From the IMG/VR virus record IMGVR_UViG_3300010316_000005, positions 64,001-128,000 of that record: a stretch of DNA of 64,000 bases; one strand, 5' to 3'. This stretch comes from a virus. This document shows positions 8,380 through 16,976 of this stretch, in pieces. Made by a program: the position numbers and the translations under genes. The notes beneath the pieces are model-generated. The model made no database searches. It was not told where the DNA came from and saw only the letters and a program-made list of their open reading frames with translations. Each line of letters begins with the position of its first letter. Positions within the stretch are counted from its first letter, which is position 1.

Positions 8380-9252
8380 ATGAAATTAAGATATTCAGAA
8401 GCGTTTTATAGCGTACAAGGCGAAGGTATGTTTGTAGGAGTGCCTAGCGTATTTCTACGTACCTTCGGATGCAACTTCCGTTGCATGAACTTCGGGTTGC
8501 CGCGCGGTACTCCAAAAGGTAAATACAATCCAGAGGTGAAGGCATTAATCGATCAAGGCGTGCATAAGACAACTAAGGAGTTTACAGATCTGCCAATCGT
8601 CCATACAGGATGCGATACATACGCAAGTATCTATCCCGAGTTTAAAGATCTCGTAATGGACAGAACAATTGACGAAGTTGTAGAGCATCTTCTTAGTCTA
8701 ACGCCAGAAGGCAAGTGGACTATGGATAACGGACAAGACATCCATCTTATCCTAACTGGCGGTGAACCTTTGCTTGCTTGGCAGCGTTTATACGTAGAGC
8801 TGTTTGAGCATCCAAGAATGAAGGACTTACGCAATGTTACAATTGAAACAAATACTACACAATATTTACACCAAGAGTTCAGAGACTACATCAAGAATAA
8901 CGCAGGATTTAAAACTACATTTTCATGTAGCCCGAAGCTCTCTGTTTCAGGAGAATCTTGGGAGGACGCTATCAAGCCTGATGTTGCTGCTAACTATGCT
9001 AGCATTATTAACGCTAACATCTATTTTAAGTTTGTGGTCGCTGACGAAGTTGATGTCGAGGAAGTTGCTAAGGCTGTTGAAGAATACAGAAACTTCGGAG
9101 TGGATTGTCCTGTCTACCTCATGCCGCTCGGCGGGCGTTCCGAGGGTTATGCACTTACAGAAAGAAAAGTCGCAGAACTCGCAATGGAACTCGGATGGAG
9201 ATTTACTCCAAGATTGCATATTGGATTATTCGGAAATGCCTGGGGGACTTGA
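8380..9252 (+). CDS. queE: 7-carboxy-7-deazaguanine synthase (radical SAM)
   Basis: EAFYSVQGEG, FLRTFGCNFRC...GCDT, LTGGEPL, IETN, SCSPKL, PRLH. Confidence 0.88.
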   Translation: MKLRYSEAFYSVQGEGMFVGVPSVFLRTFGCNFRCMNFGLPRGTPKGKYNPEVKALIDQGVHKTTKEFTDLPIVHTGCDTYASIYPEFKDLVMDRTIDEVVEHLLSLTPEGKWTMDNGQDIHLILTGGEPLLAWQRLYVELFEHPRMKDLRNVTIETNTTQYLHQEFRDYIKNNAGFKTTFSCSPKLSVSGESWEDAIKPDVAANYASIINANIYFKFVVADEVDVEEVAKAVEEYRNFGVDCPVYLMPLGGRSEGYALTERKVAELAMELGWRFTPRLHIGLFGNAWGT

Positions 9253-9296
9253 CAGTCTCCCAGCTTCAAGAAACAGTATTGTAAAAGGAAAGAATA

Positions 9297-9464
9297 ATGA
9301 AGGAACCAAGAATAGTTAAACTAACTACTGAACTTAAAGAAACAGTAGATCGTCTTAATCGAATTACAACAATTTTAGATAAAGCAGGAGTTGCATACAA
9401 GCTTCCTCGTAACAATGACGGGACACACGAAGTTACTTATGTAATACAAAGGGTAGAATACTAA
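9297..9464 (+). CDS. Small hypothetical protein (55 aa, below ORF-track cutoff)
   Basis: AAAGGA RBS; MKEPRIVKL...QRVEY*; TAATG overlap with the next gene. Confidence 0.6.
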   Translation: MKEPRIVKLTTELKETVDRLNRITTILDKAGVAYKLPRNNDGTHEVTYVIQRVEY

Positions 9465-9934
9465 TGAAACAATGGATTAAAAAGATAACAGGAATAGCTG
9501 ATTTAGAAGCGGCGGCGCAAGCAGCAACTGACAAACGTATTGCCGAAGAAGAACGAATCATCGAATTAGCAAAAAAGAAGGTTGACGCTGAAGAGACTAC
9601 AAAGCAAGCTGAAGACGCTGCCGAACTTGCAAAGATGTCTCCCAAAGAGCGGGCAACTGCTAAAGGTGAGCCTTGGATCAACGTCCTCGGCGTGAAGGTT
9701 AACGAGGACAATATCCGCAATGGGTTCTTTGAACTTGATTGGAACGAGTTGTTTCTTGATGAGTTGCGCTTGGCTGGTTACGGTCTAGAAGGCGATCCTG
9801 AAGAAGAGATTGTAGATCGTTGGTTCAGAGATATCGTATCCCAGATGCTTGAAGCAGAAGGAATGGATACAAACAGAGGTTCTGGTTATATCAGTGTAGT
9901 TCCATTGGACAAAGGCAAATCAGAAGTATCATGA
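9464..9934 (+). CDS. Hypothetical protein
   Basis: 156 aa; N-terminal coiled-coil-like segment; GFFELDWN motif. Confidence 0.75.
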   Translation: MKQWIKKITGIADLEAAAQAATDKRIAEEERIIELAKKKVDAEETTKQAEDAAELAKMSPKERATAKGEPWINVLGVKVNEDNIRNGFFELDWNELFLDELRLAGYGLEGDPEEEIVDRWFRDIVSQMLEAEGMDTNRGSGYISVVPLDKGKSEVS

Positions 9935-9950
9935 ACACATACATCCTAGT

Positions 9951-10612
9951 TTAAGAAACTTCATAGGCTGTATAATTCTTATATGGCCTATTTTTTTTAA
10001 TATATCTATGAAATACTTGATAATTTAAGTTTTGTGTGTTACACCATTCCCTAAGACTAAACACAGAAAATTCTTGGTTAGTTTCTAAATTACAAATTAT
10101 CCATTTTTAGCAGTCGTTTTATACTTTATGTCAGACAACGTCTTTCCAGTATTCCACGGTTTACGTCTCTTAGTAGCATTACTAATTTTGTTAGCATGAT
10201 CTTTAGATATAGTCCGGCCCTTTTGTGCTAAACTCATTCGTGCCTTTTGTTCTAGTGATCGTTTCTTTCCGGTATTATATTCGTGTAAATCAAATTCGAC
10301 CATAGCATATGTTTTGTTTAACCATTTATCAGAAGTTGCTGCCTTTAGCCTTAACAAAACTTTATGCTCCTATATTTTAGCAGACTTGGCATCAGAAAAG
10401 GTGTTTCTAACTTGTATTATATCAGGCTCTCCGTATTTTTCTCTATATTTAGAGACTTCTTTACTCGAAGTAAAATAGGTTGTCCAAAGATCATTAGGGT
10501 GACAACCTGTCTCATAAAGACAATATTTTTGTTTAGCATACCTCATTCCATAATAGTACTTGTTTAGATCAGACTATCCGATTAGATATGTGTAAGGTGT
10601 ATAAATATTCAT
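9951..10612 (-). pseudogene. Degenerate GIY-YIG (Seg-like) homing endonuclease with NUMOD3-like repeats
   Basis: MNIYTPYTYLIG*SDLNKYYYGMRY...CHPNDLWTTYFTSSK...GEPDIIQVRNTF...KI*EHKVL...WLNKT; in-frame TAG at 10574-76 and 10370-72; frameshift in the A5 run at about 10104-10108 before KWIICNLETNQEF...YEVS*. Confidence 0.8.
9963..9998 (+). terminator. Putative terminator of the + strand operon
   Basis: ATAGGCTGTATAA-ttc-TTATATGGCCTAT hairpin (G-U pairs) followed by a T run. Confidence 0.5.
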
Positions 10613-10687
10613 GCTGGAACTTCCTTTCTTGTTCTAGAGTAGTTAGGGAGACTACCACATATCCCGTGAACTACACTACTATTTATC
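10613..10687 (-). promoter_or_regulatory. Late promoter plus structured 5' leader of the GIY-YIG gene
   Basis: GATAAATA, then a GTAGTT...AACTAC stem and a CTAGAAC/GTTCCAG hairpin around AAAGGA immediately before the ATG. Confidence 0.55.
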
Positions 10688-10695
10688 TTTATCTC

Positions 10696-10724
10696 TTGAC
10701 ATACTTAAATAATCCTGCTATAAT
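10696..10724 (+). promoter_or_regulatory. Consensus sigma70 promoter for rnh
   Basis: TTGACA-N17-TATAAT with TGn. Confidence 0.8.
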
Positions 10725-10748
10725 GTATTAAACAAGTTGGGATACGTT

Positions 10749-11738
10749 ATGAATAAAACTTATATAATAATCGATACGGCTAATGTGTTTTTTCGAGCGC
10801 GACACGTTGTACGGGGAGATATCGACACTAAGGTCGGCATGGCGCTACATATTACACTAGCAGGCGTTAGAAAGGCATGGCGTGACTTCGACGCAGACCA
10901 CGTTGTCTTTTGTCTAGAAGGCCGCAGCTGGCGTAAAGACTTTTACGAGCCTTACAAGCGCAACCGCAAAGAATCTCGCGACGCTATGACAGAATCGCAG
11001 CAAGAAGAAGATCAGATCTTCTGGGAGATCTTTGACGAGTTTAAGGATTTTATTACAACTAAGACTAACTGCACAGTATTACAGAATCCTGTACTAGAAG
11101 CAGATGATTTGATTGCAGGCTGGGTACAGAATCATCCCAACGACAATCACGTCATTATCAGCACAGACGGCGACTTTGCGCAGTTGATTGCTCCTAACGT
11201 CAAGCAGTACAACGGCGTAAGCAACGTAACTATAACGCACGAAGGCTACTTTGACGAGAAAGGCAAGCATGTAATTGATCGAAAGACCAAGCAAGCCAAG
11301 CCTGCGCCGGATCCCGAATGGCTGTTGTTTGAAAAGTGTATGCGAGGCGACACTAGCGATAACGTGTTTAGCGCATATCCAGGTGTTCGTAAGAAGGGCA
11401 CTAAGAATAAAGTAGGTCTAACTGAAGCGTTTGAAGATAAACATAACAAAGGCTTTACTTGGAATAACCTTATGTTACAGCGTTGGGTTGATCACAATGG
11501 CGAAGAGCACCGTGTAATAGACGACTATACACGTAACGTTACGCTATGCGACTTAACCGCACAACCTGCAAATATACGCTTAGAAATTCTTCAATCAATA
11601 AGTGAAGTTGAAACTAAACAAGTTAAACAAGTCGGTATGAGACTTATGAAGTTCTGCGCCAAATGGAGTCTTGTAAGCATTGCTGATCAAGCGGCGCAGT
11701 TCGCAGAGCCGCTTTCAGCGAGGTATAATGATGATTAA
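10749..11738 (+). CDS. rnh: T4-type RNase H / 5'-3' exonuclease (FEN family)
   Basis: IIDTANVFFRA, LEADDLIA, ISTDGDFAQL, GDTSDNV; ATG 10749 preferred over TTG 10737. Confidence 0.88.
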   Translation: MNKTYIIIDTANVFFRARHVVRGDIDTKVGMALHITLAGVRKAWRDFDADHVVFCLEGRSWRKDFYEPYKRNRKESRDAMTESQQEEDQIFWEIFDEFKDFITTKTNCTVLQNPVLEADDLIAGWVQNHPNDNHVIISTDGDFAQLIAPNVKQYNGVSNVTITHEGYFDEKGKHVIDRKTKQAKPAPDPEWLLFEKCMRGDTSDNVFSAYPGVRKKGTKNKVGLTEAFEDKHNKGFTWNNLMLQRWVDHNGEEHRVIDDYTRNVTLCDLTAQPANIRLEILQSISEVETKQVKQVGMRLMKFCAKWSLVSIADQAAQFAEPLSARYNDD

Positions 11739-12192
11739 AGCGAAACCACTACTTAAAGATAAATTTTGGATTGTAGAGAATAACGGAGAGCGCATTGGCA
11801 CTATCGCGTTAAGCGAAGAGCGTTATATGCTAACTAAGTTAAACAAAACAGTCGAATTCTTCGACACTGAGCGACAGCTCAAAGACAAGCTTGGCACCAT
11901 ACACTGGGACAGTGCTGCCGACAACGAGCCGGTAGTAGACAAAATCATACACGGATTTCCATGTGCTGTAACTCCGTTTAATACAGTGTACGACATTCAA
12001 CGAAAGCTTCCATTGTTCACTAAAAGCGAACAGTCGAAGAGCTTGTATTGCGCAGGATACTACATCATCAAGTTTGACAAGGGATGGGTAAAGAGCTTTT
12101 GTCCTAAACTTATTACGGTGGAACGATATGAGTGCAAAGGTCCATTTAAGACAGAATTTGAAATGAAACAGGAGTTAAGCCGTGTCAACTGA
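11728..12192 (+). CDS. Hypothetical protein
   Basis: MIKAKPLLKDKFWIVE...; GAGGT RBS; start at 11728 or 11731. Confidence 0.7.
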   Translation: MMIKAKPLLKDKFWIVENNGERIGTIALSEERYMLTKLNKTVEFFDTERQLKDKLGTIHWDSAADNEPVVDKIIHGFPCAVTPFNTVYDIQRKLPLFTKSEQSKSLYCAGYYIIKFDKGWVKSFCPKLITVERYECKGPFKTEFEMKQELSRVN

Positions 12193-12433
12193 TCCACTAA
12201 ACACACTACCAATTCAGCAGTTTATCCAACAAGTAAAAAGTGCCGACAACAGCAAGGCAAGAGACTTCAAGATGTCAATCGAGCAAGCCAAGAACCTTGC
12301 ATTTACACTAGGTATTGTAATGGGGCGACTAAACGGAGATCTCGAAAAGCTGGTAGCATCTAGCGGAGACAGCGGTATAAGTGATGACACCGAAATTGAA
12401 GTCAGGCTAGACGGCGGTGTTGGATGGAAATAA
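12182..12433 (+). CDS. Hypothetical protein
   Basis: GTG start after AGGAG; 83 aa. Confidence 0.65.
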   Translation: MSTDPLNTLPIQQFIQQVKSADNSKARDFKMSIEQAKNLAFTLGIVMGRLNGDLEKLVASSGDSGISDDTEIEVRLDGGVGWK

Positions 12434-12455
12434 TGAATTAACACCTTGGGCTTTG

Positions 12456-12463
12456 GATAAATA
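12456..12463 (+). promoter_or_regulatory. Late-promoter-like GATAAATA
   Basis: Motif in the intergenic gap before 12491. Confidence 0.5.
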
Positions 12464-12490
12464 TATACGTAGTTAAAAGGATGTACGTAC

Positions 12491-12781
12491 ATGTCGAGGC
12501 CCAAGCCCACCGTTATATTAGAACATATAGATAACAAAACATACAAGTGTGATCAAATACTTGATGCTGAAGCAATATGGGCAGTCTTTTACCAAGATAA
12601 GCCGTTTAACCTAAAGAGCTTTAACGCTCTTACAAATTATCCAGGGCCGAAGTACAAGAAAACAAGCTTTTCAAACCCGGGTCACGCTATCAACTTAGCT
12701 AAAAAGTTAAACGAAGAGTTCAAGAGCGATAAGTTTCGTGTGTTTAAACTAAGTCAGGGCGAGGAACTTGACTTAGAATGA
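12491..12781 (+). CDS. Hypothetical protein
   Basis: 96 aa; MSRPKP...YPGPKYKKTSFSNPGHA. Confidence 0.75.
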   Translation: MSRPKPTVILEHIDNKTYKCDQILDAEAIWAVFYQDKPFNLKSFNALTNYPGPKYKKTSFSNPGHAINLAKKLNEEFKSDKFRVFKLSQGEELDLE

Positions 12782-13173
12782 ACTGGAGAGACGTTTACAC
12801 TAAGATATTTTTAAAAGAACTAGGTGAGACCGTCAACGATCAAAACGTTGCACAGCATATGCCGCTATGGTGGATGAACTATCGTAAGCAGACAGCAGGC
12901 GGTCTTCGATTAACTGACGAAGGGTTTGAGTTAATCGAACAAATCGGACTCACCGTTCATACTATACCATATCCTAAAGAGATGAAGATGACTGCTCAGA
13001 TCCTAGTCTTCCTTGACAACTTCATCGACTGTCCGTACTACTTAGACAAAAAGGCTATCGTGGTAACAAACGAACGAAAGGCAGTCGAGCTCTGCTTGTT
13101 CGCAGGTGACCTGCGCAAGTACGGTCTAGTCAAAGCTCTAAAAAGACAAGAAAAAGATCCAGAAAGTGGTTGA
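12778..13173 (+). CDS. Hypothetical protein
   Basis: 131 aa, ATGA overlap; GGLRLTDEG motif. Confidence 0.75.
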   Translation: MNWRDVYTKIFLKELGETVNDQNVAQHMPLWWMNYRKQTAGGLRLTDEGFELIEQIGLTVHTIPYPKEMKMTAQILVFLDNFIDCPYYLDKKAIVVTNERKAVELCLFAGDLRKYGLVKALKRQEKDPESG

Positions 13174-13198
13174 CCATCCATTGTGTTGGTGCTATATT
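13170..13198 (+). promoter_or_regulatory. sigma70-type promoter
   Basis: TTGACC-N17-TATATT with TGn, followed by an A/C-rich leader. Confidence 0.6.
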
Positions 13199-13262
13199 GT
13201 ATAAGTAGACAGTAAGAAACACACTAGCAACAACGCTACAACACACAGACAAGGATTAAAAT

Positions 13263-14345
13263 ATGTCAGATCACGCCCGTACAGTAACACCAAACAAAGC
13301 AAAAAATGCACTTCGTCACGCGATGCTCAAGAAGCGTCCAGTTTTCCTTTGGGGCCCTCCAGGTATCGGCAAGTCCGATGTAGTTCAGCAAATTGCTGAT
13401 GGCCTTGATGCAAAGATGATCGATGTTCGTTTGTCACTCTGGGAACCAACAGACATCAAAGGTATTCCATACTTCGACAGCAACATCGGTAAGATGGTAT
13501 GGGGTGAGCCAAGCGAACTTCCAGATCAGGCACTTGCTGATCAGTACGAAAACATTGTTCTTTTCCTAGACGAAATGAACTCAGCTGCTCCGAGCGTACA
13601 GGCTGCGGCATATCAGCTGATCCTTAACCGCAAGGTTGGTGAATACACGCTGCCAGATAACGTTATGATTGTTGCTGCTGGTAACCGTGAAGCTGACAAA
13701 GGTGTAACATATCGTATGCCGGCTCCGCTTGCTAACCGTTTTGTACACCTTGAAATGGCTGTTCACTTTGATGACTGGTTCCAGTGGGCAGTTGAAAACA
13801 AGGTACACCAAGACGTTGTTGGTTACTTGCAGTTTGCCAAGCAGGATATTTACACTTTTGATCCTAAGAGCCCGAGCCGCTCGTTTGCTACTCCGCGTTC
13901 GTGGACTTTCGTAAGCGAATTGCTCGAAGATGCACTGGACGCAGGTACTACAACTGACTTGGTTGCTGGTGCAATCGGCGAAGGTCTTGCTGTAAAGTTC
14001 ATGGCACACCGCAAAGTTGCTGCTAACATGCCAATGCCCGGCGATATCTTGGCAGGCAAGGTAAAAGAGCTCAAGACTAAAGAGGTTAGTGCTATGTACT
14101 CATTGACTATCTCTTTGTGCTACGAGCTGAAAGAGGCAAGCGACGCAGGCGACAAGAAGTTCGACTTTATGGTTAACAACTTCTTCCGCTTTGCAATGGA
14201 CAACTTCGAAACTGAGATGGTTGTTATGGGCATCAAGCTTGCGCTGACACAGTACGGGCTGCCAATTGATCCGGACGCAATCGACTGCTTTGATGAGTTC
14301 CACGACCGTTACGGTAAGTACATCAGCGCAGCACAAGGCGCTTAA
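13263..14345 (+). CDS. MoxR-like AAA+ ATPase
   Basis: Walker A GPPGIGKS, Walker B LFLDEMN, AAGNR, LANRF, TPRSW. Confidence 0.88.
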   Translation: MSDHARTVTPNKAKNALRHAMLKKRPVFLWGPPGIGKSDVVQQIADGLDAKMIDVRLSLWEPTDIKGIPYFDSNIGKMVWGEPSELPDQALADQYENIVLFLDEMNSAAPSVQAAAYQLILNRKVGEYTLPDNVMIVAAGNREADKGVTYRMPAPLANRFVHLEMAVHFDDWFQWAVENKVHQDVVGYLQFAKQDIYTFDPKSPSRSFATPRSWTFVSELLEDALDAGTTTDLVAGAIGEGLAVKFMAHRKVAANMPMPGDILAGKVKELKTKEVSAMYSLTISLCYELKEASDAGDKKFDFMVNNFFRFAMDNFETEMVVMGIKLALTQYGLPIDPDAIDCFDEFHDRYGKYISAAQGA

Positions 14346-14351
14346 TCATAT

Positions 14352-14388
14352 AGAGTGGGCAAGGTCAAACTTGCCCACTCTTCTTATT
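14352..14388 (+). terminator. Rho-independent terminator
   Basis: AGAGTGGGCAAG-gtcaaa-CTTGCCCACTCT 12-bp stem with T-rich tail. Confidence 0.8.
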
Positions 14389-14406
14389 CAACAGATGCTT
14401 TTTGAC

Positions 14407-14435
14407 TTGACACAGACTTCGATTGCTGTTATAGT
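14407..14435 (+). promoter_or_regulatory. sigma70-type promoter
   Basis: TTGACA-N17-TATAGT with TGn. Confidence 0.7.
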
Positions 14436-14468
14436 TATAGCATAAACAGAGAAACAAAGAGGTTTACT

Positions 14469-15779
14469 ATGTCAATCAAAGGCACTTCAAGCAAAACTAA
14501 AAAGAACTGGCAGGAAGATCCAAATCTTACGCCAGAAGAACTCAAGGTTATGGGCGCCGCAGTCCTTGATCGTATTATTACTGCTCGTATCGGCTTGCTC
14601 CTAAAGCACCCGTTCTTTGGTAACCTTGCTACTCGGTTGAAGATCCAGGCGTGTGACGGTTGGTGCCCGACTGCGGCAACAGATGGCCGCAGCTTGTATT
14701 ACAACACTCAGTTCTTCAATGCAATGTCAAACAAAGAGATCGAGTTTGTTATTGCACACGAAATCCTTCACTGCGTGTACGATCACTTGTCGCGTCGTGA
14801 TAGCCGTGATCCTCAGCTTTATAACATTGCCGCTGACTACATTGTTAACAACATCCTTGTTGACGAGCGCATTGGTATTAAGCCAAAGATTGTTGATTGT
14901 TTCCAAGACTTTAAGTACCGCGGTTGGGCTTCTGAAGAAGTATACGATGCACTTCACGAAGAAGCCCAAAAGAATGGCGGCGACAAGAGCTTCCTTGATA
15001 AGCTTGGCGAAATGCTCGACGAACACTATGACTGGAGCAAAGACCCGAACGACGATGAACAGAAAGACGGCGAAGGCAACCCACAAGGCGGTGGCGGACG
15101 TCCTCAATATTCTGAGGAAGAACTGCGTCAGATTGCCGACGAAGTTAAAGAAGCTATGATTAACGCGGCTCAAAGTGCTGGTGCAGGTAATGTTCCTGCA
15201 GGCGTAGCGCGGATGATCAAAGAATTGACTGAGCCTAAGATGAACTGGCGTGAATTGCTGCGTCAGCAAATCCAAAGCATGATTCGCAGCGACTTTACTT
15301 TCCAGCGTCCAAACCGTAAGAGCCAGATGTCCGGCGCTATTCTTCCAGGACAGGACTTCCAAGACACTATTGACATTTGTGTTAGCTTGGACATGTCGGG
15401 TTCGATTGGTAACGAACAAGCTCAAGATTTCCTTTCAGAGATCAAAGGCATTATGGACGAGTACCAGGACTATAAGATCACTGTATGGTGTTTTGACACT
15501 AAGGTCTACAACGAGCAAGAGTTCACTTCAGACGGTGGCGACGACTTGCTAGACTATGAGATCATGGGCGGTGGCGGCACCGACTTTGACGCTAACTGGG
15601 AATACATGAAAGAACAGGACATTGTGCCTAAGAAGTTCATCATGTTTACAGATGGTTATGCTTGGAACAACTGGGGTGATCCAGACTACTGTGATACAAT
15701 CTTCCTTATTCACGGTAACCACGATCGTTCACTTGAAGGTCCGTTTGGCATGACAGTCCACTACGAGGACGCGCAATGA
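14469..15779 (+). CDS. HEXXH metallopeptidase-like domain plus VWA domain (DUF2201-type), partner of the AAA+ ATPase
   Basis: TAATDG, AHEILH, acidic/Gly linker, MIDAS DMSGS, GGGGTDF, FTDGY. Confidence 0.85.
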   Translation: MSIKGTSSKTKKNWQEDPNLTPEELKVMGAAVLDRIITARIGLLLKHPFFGNLATRLKIQACDGWCPTAATDGRSLYYNTQFFNAMSNKEIEFVIAHEILHCVYDHLSRRDSRDPQLYNIAADYIVNNILVDERIGIKPKIVDCFQDFKYRGWASEEVYDALHEEAQKNGGDKSFLDKLGEMLDEHYDWSKDPNDDEQKDGEGNPQGGGGRPQYSEEELRQIADEVKEAMINAAQSAGAGNVPAGVARMIKELTEPKMNWRELLRQQIQSMIRSDFTFQRPNRKSQMSGAILPGQDFQDTIDICVSLDMSGSIGNEQAQDFLSEIKGIMDEYQDYKITVWCFDTKVYNEQEFTSDGGDDLLDYEIMGGGGTDFDANWEYMKEQDIVPKKFIMFTDGYAWNNWGDPDYCDTIFLIHGNHDRSLEGPFGMTVHYEDAQ

Positions 15780-16051
15780 CAAAGAAGGTTAGGCCCTTTA
15801 ATGTTCACAAGGTCCGGAAGGTAACTTTCCTTCCGGATCATTTCGAATCTGTAGCAATTGCAGCGTCGCCTCGAAATCAAAGTAAAATTGCTCAATGGAT
15901 CGACGATAATCTCTCAAACCGATATTTCGTTAACAGAGTAACAGACGTTGACCAAACTAATAAAATTACCTACAAAATTAAAGTAGGTTTTGAAGAGGCA
16001 AAAGAGATGTCATTTTTCATGATAGCATGTCCACTTTTGACCGATAACTAA
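15776..16051 (+). CDS. Hypothetical protein
   Basis: 91 aa with ATGA overlap. Confidence 0.65.
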   Translation: MTKKVRPFNVHKVRKVTFLPDHFESVAIAASPRNQSKIAQWIDDNLSNRYFVNRVTDVDQTNKITYKIKVGFEEAKEMSFFMIACPLLTDN

Positions 16052-16096
16052 ATAATATACGCATATATACTAGTAACAATTAAGGAGTAATATTGT

Positions 16097-16330
16097 ATGG
16101 CTAAAGATACTACAGCTAAAGAAGAAAAAGAAACTTCGCCAGCAGCAGAAGAAAATGAAGTTGAATTAACTCTTCAGGATCTAGCAGGGCTAAAACAAAT
16201 CATTGACGTAGCAAGTGCCCGTGGAGCATTTAAGCCTAACGAAATGGTTTCAGTCGGACAAATCTATACAAAGCTTGAGACTTTCCTTACTTCAGTGGAA
16301 GCTCAACAGAAGGCAGCACAAGGAGCATAA
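16097..16330 (+). CDS. Hypothetical protein
   Basis: TAAGGAG RBS; IIDVASARGAF motif. Confidence 0.7.
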   Translation: MAKDTTAKEEKETSPAAEENEVELTLQDLAGLKQIIDVASARGAFKPNEMVSVGQIYTKLETFLTSVEAQQKAAQGA

Positions 16331-16331
16331 T

Positions 16332-16976
16332 ATGTCTAATCACAAACACGTTGGCAGAATCGCTAGAACTAAAGCGTCAGTAGTTGTTGCGTATCGAGTA
16401 GTACCGGGCGAGCCTGATAACTGTCTTGTAGTTACTACTTCAAATTTATCCGCTGACGAACACGATGCACTAATTCGAACAGTAGAATCAACAGCCGGGC
16501 AACAATCAGAAGAATTTGCTACCGTAATGGCACGAACAAAACTTCCAGACGGCAGAACCATGCTTCCTTGGTTCCACGCATCAGGAAAGTTAGTAAAGGT
16601 TCCCACTAACACTGTCGAAATGATGCCTAACAGAAATACTTCTATTATGCTCAATGAGCTGAACAACCTTATCGCGGCGCAGCGCGGCGTAACAGTAGCA
16701 GATCTTGCTATTGGCGGTTCAAGGCCCGCTCCTGTTGCAGAGAAGCCTGTTAGCGCAGAAGAAGCAGTAGCAGCATACACTACAGGGGCGCAGGCTCCTC
16801 TTGTAGCTGCTGATGACGGAGTGCTAGACGATGCTGCTATTGCAGCTAAGTTACGCAGTGATGCTGACAGAATGTACAAAGAGGCAAAGTCTCTACGTGA
16901 TCAAGCTGAAGCGTTGGTTCCTACAAAAAAGACTGTTAGAAAAACTACTAAGAAAGTAGATGACAAAGTCTCCTAA
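16332..16976 (+). CDS. Hypothetical protein
   Basis: AGGAG RBS before ATG 16332 (MSNHKHVG...); Lys/Thr-rich tail. Confidence 0.7.
   Translation: MSNHKHVGRIARTKASVVVAYRVVPGEPDNCLVVTTSNLSADEHDALIRTVESTAGQQSEEFATVMARTKLPDGRTMLPWFHASGKLVKVPTNTVEMMPNRNTSIMLNELNNLIAAQRGVTVADLAIGGSRPAPVAEKPVSAEEAVAAYTTGAQAPLVAADDGVLDDAAIAAKLRSDADRMYKEAKSLRDQAEALVPTKKTVRKTTKKVDDKVS

Noticed and set aside
10370-10576. Genome-wide TAG reassignment suggested by in-frame TAGs in the GIY-YIG gene
   Set aside because: All other genes are intact under the standard code, TAG serves as a real stop (e.g. 22656-58, directly before the next ATG), and the same gene also has a frameshift.
13581-15425. Long antisense and alternative-frame ORFs (e.g. 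14727-15425 minus, 14653-15159 plus, 13581-14009 minus)
   Set aside because: They are shadows of strongly codon-biased real genes, with no motifs or RBS.
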